Assembly (NCBI GenBank): GCA_040437565.1
Contig: JBDOQK010000014.1
Coordinates: 310,001-374,000, forward strand
Length of the DNA: 64,000 bases
Origin: Albugo candida
Taxonomy: Eukaryota
Direction: 5' to 3'
The position numbers and the translations under genes are program-made. The notes under the pieces were generated by a model, which searched no databases, was not told the origin of the DNA, and worked only from the letters and a program-made list of their open reading frames with translations. Shown here in pieces: positions 28,101 to 40,084 of this stretch. Position 1 is the first letter of the stretch. Every line of letters begins with the position of its first letter.

Positions 28101-30968
28101 GTAGTGCGTGCGTTGCAAAATCACATATAAAACGGCGATAGTAACCTGCCAAACCCAGAAAGCTAATTAATCCCTTCTTCGATCTTAGTGCAGCCATTTG
28201 TGCAATTGCAAAGGTCTTCTCCTTATCAACCGATAGTCCTCGAACAAATTTATTGTGACCGAGAAAGGCAACTGCAGGTAGGCCAAACGAGCACTTCTGA
28301 CGATATGCGTAAAGGTGCTGGTATCGTAAAGCTCCACAGACCATCGAAGTTGCTCTACATGTGAAGCTTGGGCCTTTGAGAAGATGCAAATGTCGTCCAA
28401 ATACACGACGCCAAAAGTGAATTTGTCGAATAAAGATCGCATTCATCGTGACTTGATACCTGACATTCCTGCCAAAACCATTGGTGCAACACACTAGTGA
28501 TATGTTTCTTTGTGGGTTCGGAAAGCTTTGTATTGACTTGAGTTGTTTCTGACTAGCATTTGATGGTATCCATGAGCTAGTCGATGACCGTAAATATCGT
28601 TCCTCTTTGCATCTTGTCAAACAAGTCGTCAATCAAGGGTAGGGGTATCTGAGGAATACGTGTCTAACTACTCACATGCCGATAGTCAATAACCCATCTG
28701 ATTGGTATACAGCTATTTCCCGGCCTGAGCCACTCTGATCGTTTTGTAACGGTATTCGTAGCTGAATCCTTCTTGGGAACCCCGAGTATGTTAGGACCGC
28801 GGTGAGTTGGAGACTTCAATCCATCCTTTACGCAACTTTTCTTGCACAAAGTTTTCGTGATCATCATAGTTTCTGTCTTTGATAGACGGTAGATACCCTT
28901 AGATTTCGGATGAGCATTGCCTCAAAATGCAACTCAAAATTGACCGATTCTTCCTTCCGTGTTATTTATGGAAGTTTATCCGGAAATACATCGGCAAATT
29001 TGTTTAGCACTGGTTGTATGAATGACGGCACTGATTTGACATTCAAAGAACATATCTTTATCAAATATACTTTAAAAAAGGCTCCATCCTGCGTATTTTT
29101 GACAAAATTCTCTGGCTTTTCCGAGAAATCCATTATCATGGTGGGGTTTCTTGCTACTGTCGTACTCAACTTTGCCTTGGAAGCACCAGATAAAGTAATT
29201 TTATTTGTTCTCCAGTCTATGATAAGCTGGAATTCATAATGCCATGGTTTACCCAGAATCGCATCGTGTTTTTGTGCCAGATTTATCCATTCTGTAAACA
29301 CCTGGTCTTTGAAGATTTTCCCTTCTATATAATGTCGACCTTCTTCACATCTTCATTCTGGCTGCTACCATTGAATGATTACAGCTGTACAAGACGCATA
29401 TACCCAAGGTTTTTTGTTGCGATTTCGGGTCGAATCAAATAAACGCTTGATCTTCGAACTACGAGAGACTTGACCCTTTTCTGATTAATATATATTTGAG
29501 CGGTCTCCCTGTTTTGTGCACTGCATCTTCATGATCCACATTTTCGACGCTTCACGTTGTTATACGATCAAATAATATCGTATCCTCGTCGCTTTTTTTG
29601 TCTTCTTACACGTGATTGACCGGACGTGCCCTTCCACGTCGTTTCTTCTCTTTCACGGTATTACTGAATTGACTTCAAGAATGTTCTGGCTTCTTGAAAT
29701 GCAAGCACAGTCTTCATCTACATTCGTCCTTGCTGATGTCTTTCACATGATCGATCTCCATGGGTTCTGTCTCATTATATCGCCGTTGGTACTCATTACC
29801 CGCACGGGTTCTTCCGGACCATGCCCACTCCCTGATGCCATTGCGCTAACCATGTCTTCTCATGATGCCTTCTATCAATCCTTTGTACCCTTTGATGTTA
29901 ACGAACATAATCTAAGACCACGTTGATTGCTTCAATTAGTGTTTCTCAACGTCTGTATTGTACCTCTTCTCTTGTTCGATTTTGTAAGCCGCGTGGAAAT
30001 ATATGACCCGGTCAATATCACTCATGTTGCGTATTTGAACCATGATATGCCGATGACGTGCGATGTTTCTGATTTATCTCGACAATCGCGCTGTTGGAGA
30101 TCGTTCAACTGGTCTCGCAATCGTTGTTGCAAATCTGCTGGCACAAATTCCGTTTCCAGATCGATAAAACATTTCTCAACCGTAGGGATGGTGCTTCAAT
30201 TGATTGCAAACCACTGTACAGCTTCTCTTCTCAAGGCAGTCCCTAGCGTTGCCAAAATTTGCGTAGCCCATACCTCCGACTTCCAATCTAATACTTTGGC
30301 GCAAAAATACTGGTCTACTTGTTCGAATTAAAATTGTGAGGTTTCTTCAACAAGACCACTGTATGTTGGTAATCTCACACCATCCGTCTTTAGCTCTAGT
30401 GTCACGCGCTGTGCACGCATTTTTTAATTTGTCCCAGGATTTCTTGCTGCCATGCCATCATCGCCACCATTTGTTGCATCAACTGTGCATTCGATGACGG
30501 TTCCATAATCTCGGCTGTACTCTATTTTCGCCCAACGAAATTATCCCTTACTAACTTTTTGATACAAGTCCTCTCTCCCTCTCCTACGTTAGTAGCGTCT
30601 GGCCAAATGTCAATTTTCTTTTATTCCCCGAAGATACCACCCAAAGAACAAAACAATTGGCTAAAAGTGTGGGTGAGATGTCGAGTCCGAACCAAGACCG
30701 CAAGAACTGACAAGAGATGAAGGAAGATCAACAAGTGCTACTACTTGTTGTGGAGATCGTGAAAAAAAAAGTGATTAATTTTTTGGAAAGGTCCTTATTT
30801 CGATATTCTTCCTCTAAGCCTTTCCCTTAACACGATTGCTCACACAAGCCAGTCCAATGACGTTGTTGTGGGAACATGTGTAGTTGGGCAATGTATAGAT
30901 AATGAATTCGGAGGATGACGTATACGTCTATTCGTTAGGAACATGTTAAGACCATGTTCATTATGACA
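25195..30968 (-). mobile_element. Ty3/gypsy chromovirus, full length, degenerate
   Basis: LTRs 25195-~25414 and 30746-30968; TSD TGGAT (25190-25194, 30969-30973); PBS 30732-30743; PPT at 25415-25430. RT VVYLDDICIFS, SFLGLAGYYRRFI; integrase VVDKFSK...HRAQSDGQ; chromodomain-like WLLRWHGYPEYDSTW. Confidence 0.94.
26477..27170 (-). mobile_element. LINE of the same L1/Tx1-like family inserted in the gypsy integrase; both ends visible, middle hidden by gap 26834-26933
   Basis: 3' end matches 10901 and 50762; 5' end matches 34520-34688. TSD AAGCATGAAGTTCA (26463-26476) / AAGCATAAAGTTCA (27171-27184). The flanks rejoin as SMNFMLG...KGYDSIMAVVDKFSK. Confidence 0.88.
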
Positions 30969-33900
30969 TGGATGGAGAAAAGCACTGTCGTGGTCATTGA
31001 TAAGCATTTTGTGCTGCATTTTCGAATATAAAAAAATGAAATGATTTCACTTGATCGTGATCGTGAAATTTGGTTTCTTGACCGCAACTAATGGAGTGGT
31101 ATGACAGGACATGGCCGATGAAAAATTGACCATTCCTATAGATGCCATTGGCATTCATCGTGAGTGCTGAAATAATCGAGGAGACCTGAGGATCACGCTG
31201 AAGGGGACCATCAATGAACATTGTTTCACCATCTTCTTTTGATATGTTAAGTCTTGCATTCTCGTGGAAAAAAGTATAATCGACGGAGAGCTGGGCGGTA
31301 TCCCACAGCAACCTTTCGCATTTATCTCCAACCATGGGGATTATCACATTATGCCCACGTCGAAGCGTAACAACAATGTGAGTACATTTATCGGGAGTAA
31401 ACGGCACTGATTAACCGGAATCTAGTTCACTCGCCCCTTGTGAGATACAGTGATCGTTTGTGTAGAATGTCGGGGCAATACACATAAATTATAGTTCCAA
31501 CGATGCAAGAGGTTTGGTTGCTCGAGTCAAACCGTGGACGATGTCCGGCACTCAATTACACCACGACATTACTTCTTACCAATACATCTCATTTCGAGGG
31601 AGCTTTTTCACCAATGTTGCAACTTCATCGCTTCGCAAACGTAACTTTTTGCCGAGATTGCGCGCTACAAAAGCGCGATTGATCAGAAGAACATGTGCTA
31701 CTGCGTTAAACGCACGATCTTTCGACTTCATGTATGGGATACGCACACCATCCATGGTTATCGGATGATTACGTGCTGCCCGGATGATTTCGTCCGGATT
31801 AGTACAAAATTGTACCAGCCAGCGCATTGAGGTGTTCAAGCATCAGCTTGGACCAGATTGTCCGGTCGGAGCGGGTGAAGGGCATTTCTGGAATTGAGCT
31901 CCATATGCTTCCCTATTTCACCAAATCTGGCTGGTCGCATCCGTGCTATCACGGAAATAATCTGAATGCGATTTTCATGCTCTGGATTGGCAACCGCTTG
32001 TACTTCTCGATTTCCACCTCCATAGGTTTGAGCACAGCAAAGTAACTAATTGTTGCGAATTCAGGCAGTGCGCTTCAAAAACCATGTGCTGGTACGGCTC
32101 CAGCCGATTACGTTTTCCTCTTTTCAATGCCAACGCTACGTAGCCACCCCCATCCCGACCGACCCAAGCTTGTGGTGATGATTGCCCTACCAGTTGAAGG
32201 ATGGGTGGAAGGGGCTGCAATAAGCTTGATGCTCGTGGTAATGTGATGATGGGGGAGTGTTGAGCTACAGCGAAATCTGATCGAGAAGTTTCCATTCAGG
32301 TTGCCTATCCTCCAATTTCTGGATAAAAACAGGTTTTAATCCCTTCCTGGGGCTACAACTAGTGCCGTTAGCTCTGTTTCCGTTTTCGCTGTGCTTTTTT
32401 TCTTTGTTGTTGGTTTTGCTTTCGGTGCTGGTTGTGAATTCACTTTCATAGTTGATTTTATTTGCTTTTGGTTTCGGTTTTGTTGTTGCCGTATTCTCGT
32501 GGCTAACACTGCTCCAAGTCCAAGCAGAAAGGACNNNNNNNNNNNNNNNNNNNNNNNNNNNNNNNNNNNNNNNNNNNNNNNNNNNNNNNNNNNNNNNNNN
32601 NNNNNNNNNNNNNNNNNNNNNNNNNNNNNNNNNNAGGCAGTGCGCTTCAAAAACCATGTGCTGGTACGGCTCCAGCCGATTACGTTTTCCTCTTTTCAAT
32701 GCCAACGCTACGTAGCCACCCCCATCCCGACCGACCCAAGCTTGTGGTGATGATTGCCCTACCAGTTGAAGGATGGGTGGAAGGGGCTGCAATAAGCTTG
32801 ATGCTCGTGGTAATGTGATGATGGGGGAGTGTTGAGCTACAGCGAAATCTGATCGAGAAGTTTCCATTCAGGTTGCCTATCCTCCAATTTCTGGATAAAA
32901 ACAGGTTTTAATCCCTTCCTGGGGCTACAACTAGTGCCGTTAGCTCTGTTTCCGTTTTCGCTGTGCTTTTTTTCTTTGTTGTTGGTTTTGCTTTCGGTGC
33001 TGGTTGTGAATTCACTTTCATAGTTGATTTTATTTGCTTTTGGTTTCGGTTTTGTTGTTGCCGTATTCTCGTGGCTAACACTGCTCCAAGTCCAAGCAGA
33101 AAGGACCACGTTGTCCAACACGTGGTCGATCCTAACGGATAGAAGCATTTTCCCTCCCACAGAAGAAATCAACTTCCCGTATGCAATTCGCTCACAGACT
33201 TTGCCGATGCGGACCATCTGGAGAGGGCACGTCGAACTACTAAAATACACTCGCAACGTCAACATCACTTTTTCCTCACGCAGAACAGTTTGTCAAGACA
33301 AATGGACATCCTACACCGTGAATTGTTACGCTCTCCCAATAGGCTTTTGAATACTGGATTACCATACTTCTTCATGAGGGAGGACAGGTTATTCTCATTT
33401 GTCGCACGCACCAACGCTCGACTTATCTTCAATATCATGGGATATGTGGCCTTGGAGACCTCGGAAAGATTCTCTGCCTCCAACTTCGCATCCAAGGTCG
33501 ACTACTCTGGGTGCTCTCCGTCTGCATACAGTTGCAGTATAGCCTATCATACAAGGTTTTTGACTTTGTGAGCTTCACGCAAAAAATTCACTCGAACTCT
33601 AGCCTTGTCCTTAAGCAAGGACTCCTGAGACCTGATAATATCCGCCAAAGTTGGACGGTTCTTATCATCCCCAATTGAGGTTACCTTTGGCCCACCCTGT
33701 GACGAGTCACTGGCCGTACCACCACAACCCTGTAGCGTCACACAGGAGTGACGCCTTATTAATAATAATTCAATCCCTCAAAGCCTATTGACTCATGAGG
33801 GTCGCCAAGTTAGCACATGTAGACGCTATTAACCTAGGTTCTATCGATATGTCGACTTAAAGCATTGTTTTNNNNNNNNNNNNNNNNNNNNNNNNNNNNN

Positions 33901-34688
33901 NNNNNNNNNNNNNNNNNNNNNNNNNNNNNNNNNNNNNNNNNNNNNNNNNNNNNNNNNNNNNNNNNNNNNNNTACTAAAATACACTCGCAACGTCAACATC
34001 ACTTTTTCCTCACGCAGAACAGTTTGTCAAGACAAATGGACATCCTACACCGTGAATTGTTACGCTCTCCCAATAGGCTTTTGAATACTGGATTACCATA
34101 CTTCTTCATGAGGGAGGACAGGTTATTCTCATTTGTCGCACGCACCAACGCTCGACTTATCTTCAATATCATGGGATATGTGGCCTTGGAGACCTCGGAA
34201 AGATTCTCTGCCTCCAACTTCGCATCCAAGGTCGACTACTCTGGGTGCTCTCCGTCTGCATACAGTTGCAGTATAGCCTATCATACAAGGTTTTTGACTT
34301 TGTGAGCTTCACGCAAAAAATTCACTCGAACTCTAGCCTTGTCCTTAAGCAAGGACTCCTGAGACCTGATAATATCCGCCAAAGTTGGACGGTTCTTATC
34401 ATCCCCAATTGAGGTTACCTTTGGCCCACCCTGTGACGAGTCACTGGCCGTACCACCACAACCCTGTAGCGTCACACAGGAGTGACGCCTTATTAATAAT
34501 AATTCAATCCCTCAAAGCCTATTGACTCATGAGGGTCGCCAAGTTAGCACATGTAGACGCTATTAACCTAGGTTCTATCGATATGTCGACTTAAAGCATT
34601 GTTTTCGAGAGAAAAAGTAGGAGAAGGTATTTTCCGTGTTGTTTGTGCTAAATTGGCGAGCTACATAGTAGCTAGAAATCTGAGAAGT

Positions 34689-37600
34689 CGGGAAGGACTT
34701 AGGAATGTCCTTTATGTTTCCAGTAGCGCTTGGTACATAGCCTAAGCATTGTTTAGGATTTTAATCTTATACAATTAAAATTGATTTCTGGCAATTTTGT
34801 TCAAGCAATCACTTCCACTCCTCTGCAAACAGGTTATGAGCCCAGCCAAGACTCCCCTTGCTAATACCATGGAAGAATCCGACTGACCAGATGAGTCTAA
34901 GATGGACCGAATGATCATGCTGCTGGAGACACTCAAATATCGACTGGAGAAGATTAAAATCGAGCGGATCGTCGGCTTGCCTGACCAGCAGTACCCGCTC
35001 GAATGAAGAGCGTATTTCCTGGACCAAGCAACCACGGCCAGGGTTTGACAATGTAATTCCTTGTTAGGAAACCTATTAAGCATCGTGGAAGCGGGATGAG
35101 GATAATCTTTATCCATGCGATGTAACAGAATGCACGGTCGGGCTGTACCAAGTAAGATTCCAGGCATCAAGGGATATGAAGCTCGCCATTCAACCATTCG
35201 ACGGGAGACAAACCTAAACCATACTTGAAGCGCCGTTTATCCAATGTACTTATCGTTTCTTGCGGCAACTATCACATGCCAGCAAGTGTTCGGCGAGATT
35301 TGGAGTGAGGCGGTGAAGCTAGACTGTCTGTGATGGCATCTGAGTGAGAAGCTCTCATTAATTACGAGTAGCAAGTCTTCAGTAGATGAATTAGTACTCT
35401 AGCGTCAAAGAAGTTACCGCATCAACGAAATATTCATCCCAACGTCACCAGAACAGAGGCGGCACGCTTCCCCAAGGCAAAAGAACCGACTGGCGTTCTT
35501 AGGTGACAATTTTTATTCTTGTCGGTTATATGTGAAGCAGTCGGTGAAGCAGACGTTATGCTCCTGGAAAGCGATATCAAATACGCAAAGCCTGACTTCA
35601 AACAAGCTCTGATGGACCGCTTCGAAACAGCTAGAGAAACAACCCAAGCAAAAAGAACTGTATCACTTTACTCAGCTTATCAAGTCAGAAACAATCAGTG
35701 ATGCACTAAGAGAGACAAATAGAGTACGAGATACGGCATCGGTGCGATAAGCGAATCCAAGCCAAAGAAGCGCATGTAATGCTTCAATGGCGGTAAAAGT
35801 AGACATGTCAAAATAGTTTGCCACTACCAGAGCTCCTCCAGCAGTGAAGACATCCTTTTAGGTTTTGAAGACAAAAATGCAACGCTCAATACACGGATAA
35901 AGTACATAAATTAGATAGCCGATCCAGCAAGCATCTCATAAGGGATAAGAACTTTCTGACAGCATTGTAAGGAATGCAACGAATCATGCTCACTTCCAAA
36001 CGGGAAAAGTAGAAGAGTGGACGGACAAAATGGGCGATGATTATCACCACAGTCAACGTGGTACCTAGTATTGTTCTCTTGGACGATGTGCAACATGCAA
36101 GAAACCTCCTTTGAAACATTTTCTCGCATGTCAAGCTGGAAGAGAAAAGATGCAAATTGAACTATCAAGCAGATAGATCGAGCGTTCCCAGCGCCCTTCC
36201 GATACTCACTTCAATTCACTCCGTGGACGAATAAAACAAGCAGATGGTTAGTCCTGTACACTTACATTAAAGATTTGGTAATCTAAATTACGATACTGCC
36301 TAGAGTTATAGCAAAGCTTCTAGAATCGAGGATCGAGATTGATGACCATCGACGACCAAAACGCAATGCTTTTGCATTAATCAAGTAGACAAAGAGCAAC
36401 CAGTCTCAGAGAAATACCTGTATGAGCTCGTCAACGGAACGAATTGGTGGGGTTATATGCAATGTTTTGAAGGGTCTGATCACGCCTCAAGACCGACGTA
36501 GACATCGATATTTGGTCAATTTTATCGACTACGAATCGTTGTATTTTCGGGTATTCTTGGCCAAGATTAAGAATGGATCAGCTGCAAAGTTTTAAGATTT
36601 CTTGATTTACTTCTTGAAGCGATTTGATTGAAAGTTTCATGCTCTGCGAACTGATGGCAGCGCAAAGTACAGAATTTTCAAACTTTTTTGCAAAAAAGAG
36701 CGAGTACGCAGACAAATCAGTGAGGCCGAAAACGAAGCATCGAAGGAAAAGCTTAAAGAATAAATAGTGCGTCCATGAACCTGACGTGGTCGATGATTCT
36801 TGGAAGCTCTATGGCGTTATAGTATTGGGGATATGCCGCTGAATATGCAACGTATCTCCCATAATAGAATCCAACCAGATCGAATAAAGAAAGGCAATCC
36901 CCTTTTAACGGTTTTGACCGGGAAGGATACAAGTCGTGTTGGTGTCATAAAATTCGTCTCACCTGGTTCCGTTCGGACTCGAACTGGGAAAAAGTCTCTC
37001 GCAAAGCTAAGTGAAGGAGGCAATGTAATCAGAAAATGCGATGAAACCAGAGGGCACAAATTTTATCTACCCAATTCAAAGACTGTCATAATTACTAAAC
37101 ACATCTCAATAGTGGATTCAACACTGGAAGGAGCAAATGGAGATAGAAATTTAAAAGGGCCGTCAAAAGGATTTGACAGATGTAGGCGTGAAAGCTCCTG
37201 AGGATACCAATGTTGGAAGGGAATAATATCACTGCTACAAGAACGCTATCAGATCTCATCAAGAAGAATCCAAGAAACAATAGGGTCTTCATAAATCAAG
37301 GAAGGAAATTTTCGGGTCAAGAGATCGTGCCAGTGCTGATTTAGCCGAATCCGAAGCTGTGCAATTTAGCAATGAAGTCAGTAAATCATGTCAAATAGAA
37401 GGAGACTTCACACGCAGAACTAACCTCAATTGAGGATACTCGAACAGGGACCATCGTTCTAAGAACCGACGAGATCAAAGCCTAACATATCTAATGCGTA
37501 TTCAAGCGAAATACAGACGCAAACGGCAATCTGGAACGGTCCAAGGCTAGAATGGCTTCTCGCGGGAACAAAAAAGTATTCGGAATCAACTACGAAATGA

Positions 37601-39113
37601 CAATTTTCAGCATTCTTGTATCTTGGACGGCAAAGCTCACACAAGCTTTAATAAGGATCAAGAAGTACCAGCAAAGCATGGTGACGTACCTCATGCGCTC
37701 GTGAAAGGAACCAACAGAAAGAACTTGAGCCTGTAGTTGCACGGACCTCAAGGAATGGAAATATCGATTTACAAGCTGGATGAATCGGTGTTACGAGTCG
37801 TGATCAAGTGATGATACGACTACAAAGGAGTCTCTTTGGGTTGATACAACAAGGGCGGCTAAGGATGCACCCTTCGCATGAAAAGCCAAGCGATGCAGGT
37901 TTTAACGAAGTTTCACAGCGAAGTTTCACAGACTCATGTTTATATTACGACCAAGACACAAGTGGAATTTCGGTTTTGGTGGTATATGTCGACGATATGC
38001 GGATAACGGGGAAAGTTTACGAGAATCGAGTCGACATGTGATAGTCTTCCAAGTCTCTCAATCAAGAATCTCGGACCCGTCAGCAAGTCTTGATCATGCG
38101 ATTGGATATCCTTTGGATCAGGAAACGTCCAAATGCGAAATGATAACAAAATGGTTATGGATGAAGCGCATTTGGCTCTCACACCTTTCGGGCAAGACTA
38201 AAGCGATATGAGAACATCAAATTCGCTCTGCTTGATAATTCATTGAATCAAGGACTTTCAGTCTTTGGCTAGCAGCCTTTTACGGTTTCTGCGCTGCACT
38301 CGTACAGATATCAGTTCCACTGTGCACAGGCAGACGAGACGTATTCATCCACCAACCACAACCAATTCGGCGTTGGGTGTCAAGCATCCCAAGGATCCGA
38401 AAAGTTTAAAGCTCTATTTGGGGTATTAAGTAGGCATCGATCCTAGGGAAGTCACTCTGAAAGTGCTTCCGATGCTGATTATGCGACGAGTGATGAAACG
38501 AGAGTGAGCATATCCGGTACATTATTCGTTTTGACTGGAATGCCGATCATCTGGTCATGCAAGAAGCATCATTTCAGTGGAAATATCGACGATGGAATGA
38601 GAGCTCGTAGAAGCATCGAAGGCATCGCATGAACTACTTGGAGCAAGGCAAGTATTCAAATAGTTGAAAGTCAAATTGAAGGATCTAATGATCTTGTGGG
38701 TGGATAACCAGGCGGCTAACAGTCATTCATCCAACATAGCTTCTTTTATCAAGGCTAAACTTGCTGATATCCGACTAAGATTCGTTAGAGCTGACGTGGT
38801 CAAACAAATCATTGCACCAAGGTACGTGAATACATCAAAGATGATAGCCGACTTGCACAAAGGCGTTTCCGACGCCAAAATTTCTTTAAAAAGCGATTTA
38901 TGGCAGTTACGGTATCGGACGAAGAAAATTTAAAGGACACAATTTCAAGTGCAACGAGATAGGAAAGATTGCTGAGGATGCGAAAATGTGCTTTAGGTTT
39001 CTAGTCGCACTTGATACTAAGTGGAAACGATTGGTTAGGATTTTGAGTACAGACTTAAGAAACGATTTTTGGCGCTTACCTGGAATGCAACCATCTACGC
39101 TCACCTGCCAGCA
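34689..39113 (+). mobile_element. Full-length degenerate Ty1/copia element (family A)
   Basis: 5' LTR ~34689-34831, PBS GGTTATGAGCCC 34832-34843, gag/integrase/RT (VVYVDDMRITG)/RNase H (LWVDNQAA) fragments, 3' LTR 38970-39113. The LTRs are strongly diverged, so the insertion is old. Confidence 0.92.
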
Positions 39114-39119
39114 TGGGGC

Positions 39120-39280
39120 AGCTCAGACGGTTTGATCCTCGGTGTGGGAAGCGGTTTGAGCGAACCCGAGCGGAAGCCTGGAAAATATCTGTCCCCACTT
39201 TTAAAGCAAGACCTGATTGATATTCAAACGGTCAAGGGCTAATGATAGGATAAGGAAGGTAGTTAAAGAACCAGATGAAA
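39120..39280 (+). mobile_element. Diverged, truncated copy of the tRNA-derived SINE
   Basis: GTGTGGGAAGCGGTTTGAGC...GATATTCAAACGGTCAAGGGCT...GGATAAGGAAGGTAGTTAAAGAACCAGAT matches the other copies. Confidence 0.8.
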
Positions 39281-39289
39281 GTTGTTTTG

Positions 39290-40060
39290 TAGTCCTTGTA
39301 TTCTCGGTGGTTAGGGTTAATGCCATGCCTGGGTCACGTCCAAAGCGTCTGATTTTGACTTCTTTTCAATCCGGTATCTCAAGACCCTCCGATTCGGGAC
39401 GTTCAAAGTTCGTGGACTAACCTCGAACATAAAGCATACATGCTTGGGGAAAGATCGCACGTAGTCAAACTGAACATATGCGCTCTGCAGGATACCAAAA
39501 TGACGGGAGCTTCGTCAACGTCCGACGACCTACTGATATATGCATACTCCTTCCTTCGTCGAAACCTTATTACGGCCTGGGATTGATAGTGTCTGACATA
39601 GTCGCTAATCATGTGCATCGGTACCGGATGGTCTGAGGTCGCATCGCCGTCTATGTCCGGCACATGGGACGCTCAACAGAAGAGTCTGGTGTACTCTACG
39701 ACACTCTCATGCAAGCAATACAGCCTTTTCGCCACCAGCTTTTCTTTATTTTAGGAGACTTCAACGCCAAGTTGGGCAACGATGCGAAGGGAGACTTTCC
39801 TGGGATTATGCTAGCGCGGATACTGAAATGAAAGTAATATCCGTCTCCGATATTTTTGTGCGGAACACGACTTCTTTTTGTCAAACAAAGCTTTTTACAA
39901 ACGACGCGCACGCAACATCACAGCCTGGCATGGCATTCGCGGACGAAATTCGATTTTTATTAGATTTAGTACATCATACTCCCACTACACTGCAAGCTTC
40001 TTCTGTCCAATTTACAGTCTTGGAGCGGAAAAATCTTTGACAACGACCATTGGCTTATAA
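39290..40060 (+). mobile_element. RTE-type non-LTR retrotransposon fragment (APE endonuclease)
   Basis: LNICALQDTKM (~39470-39500) and FILGDFNAKLG (~39745-39777). Distinct from the L1-like family. Confidence 0.7.
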
Positions 40061-40084
40061 ACACACATCTAAAGCTGTATGATC

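Larger units (their letters stand above)
22090..34688 (-). mobile_element. L1/Tx1-like LINE, near full length (5' UTR, ORF1, ORF2; 3' end lost), interrupted by a gypsy element
   Basis: APE start ISALTMNANGI...GQETKF (~31.1 kb) continues below 25194. RT ATFLDFEKAYDRVNW, VKQGDPLS; CKQPSCGAMESDRYLFFEC. The 5' end matches 27000-27170. Confidence 0.9.
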
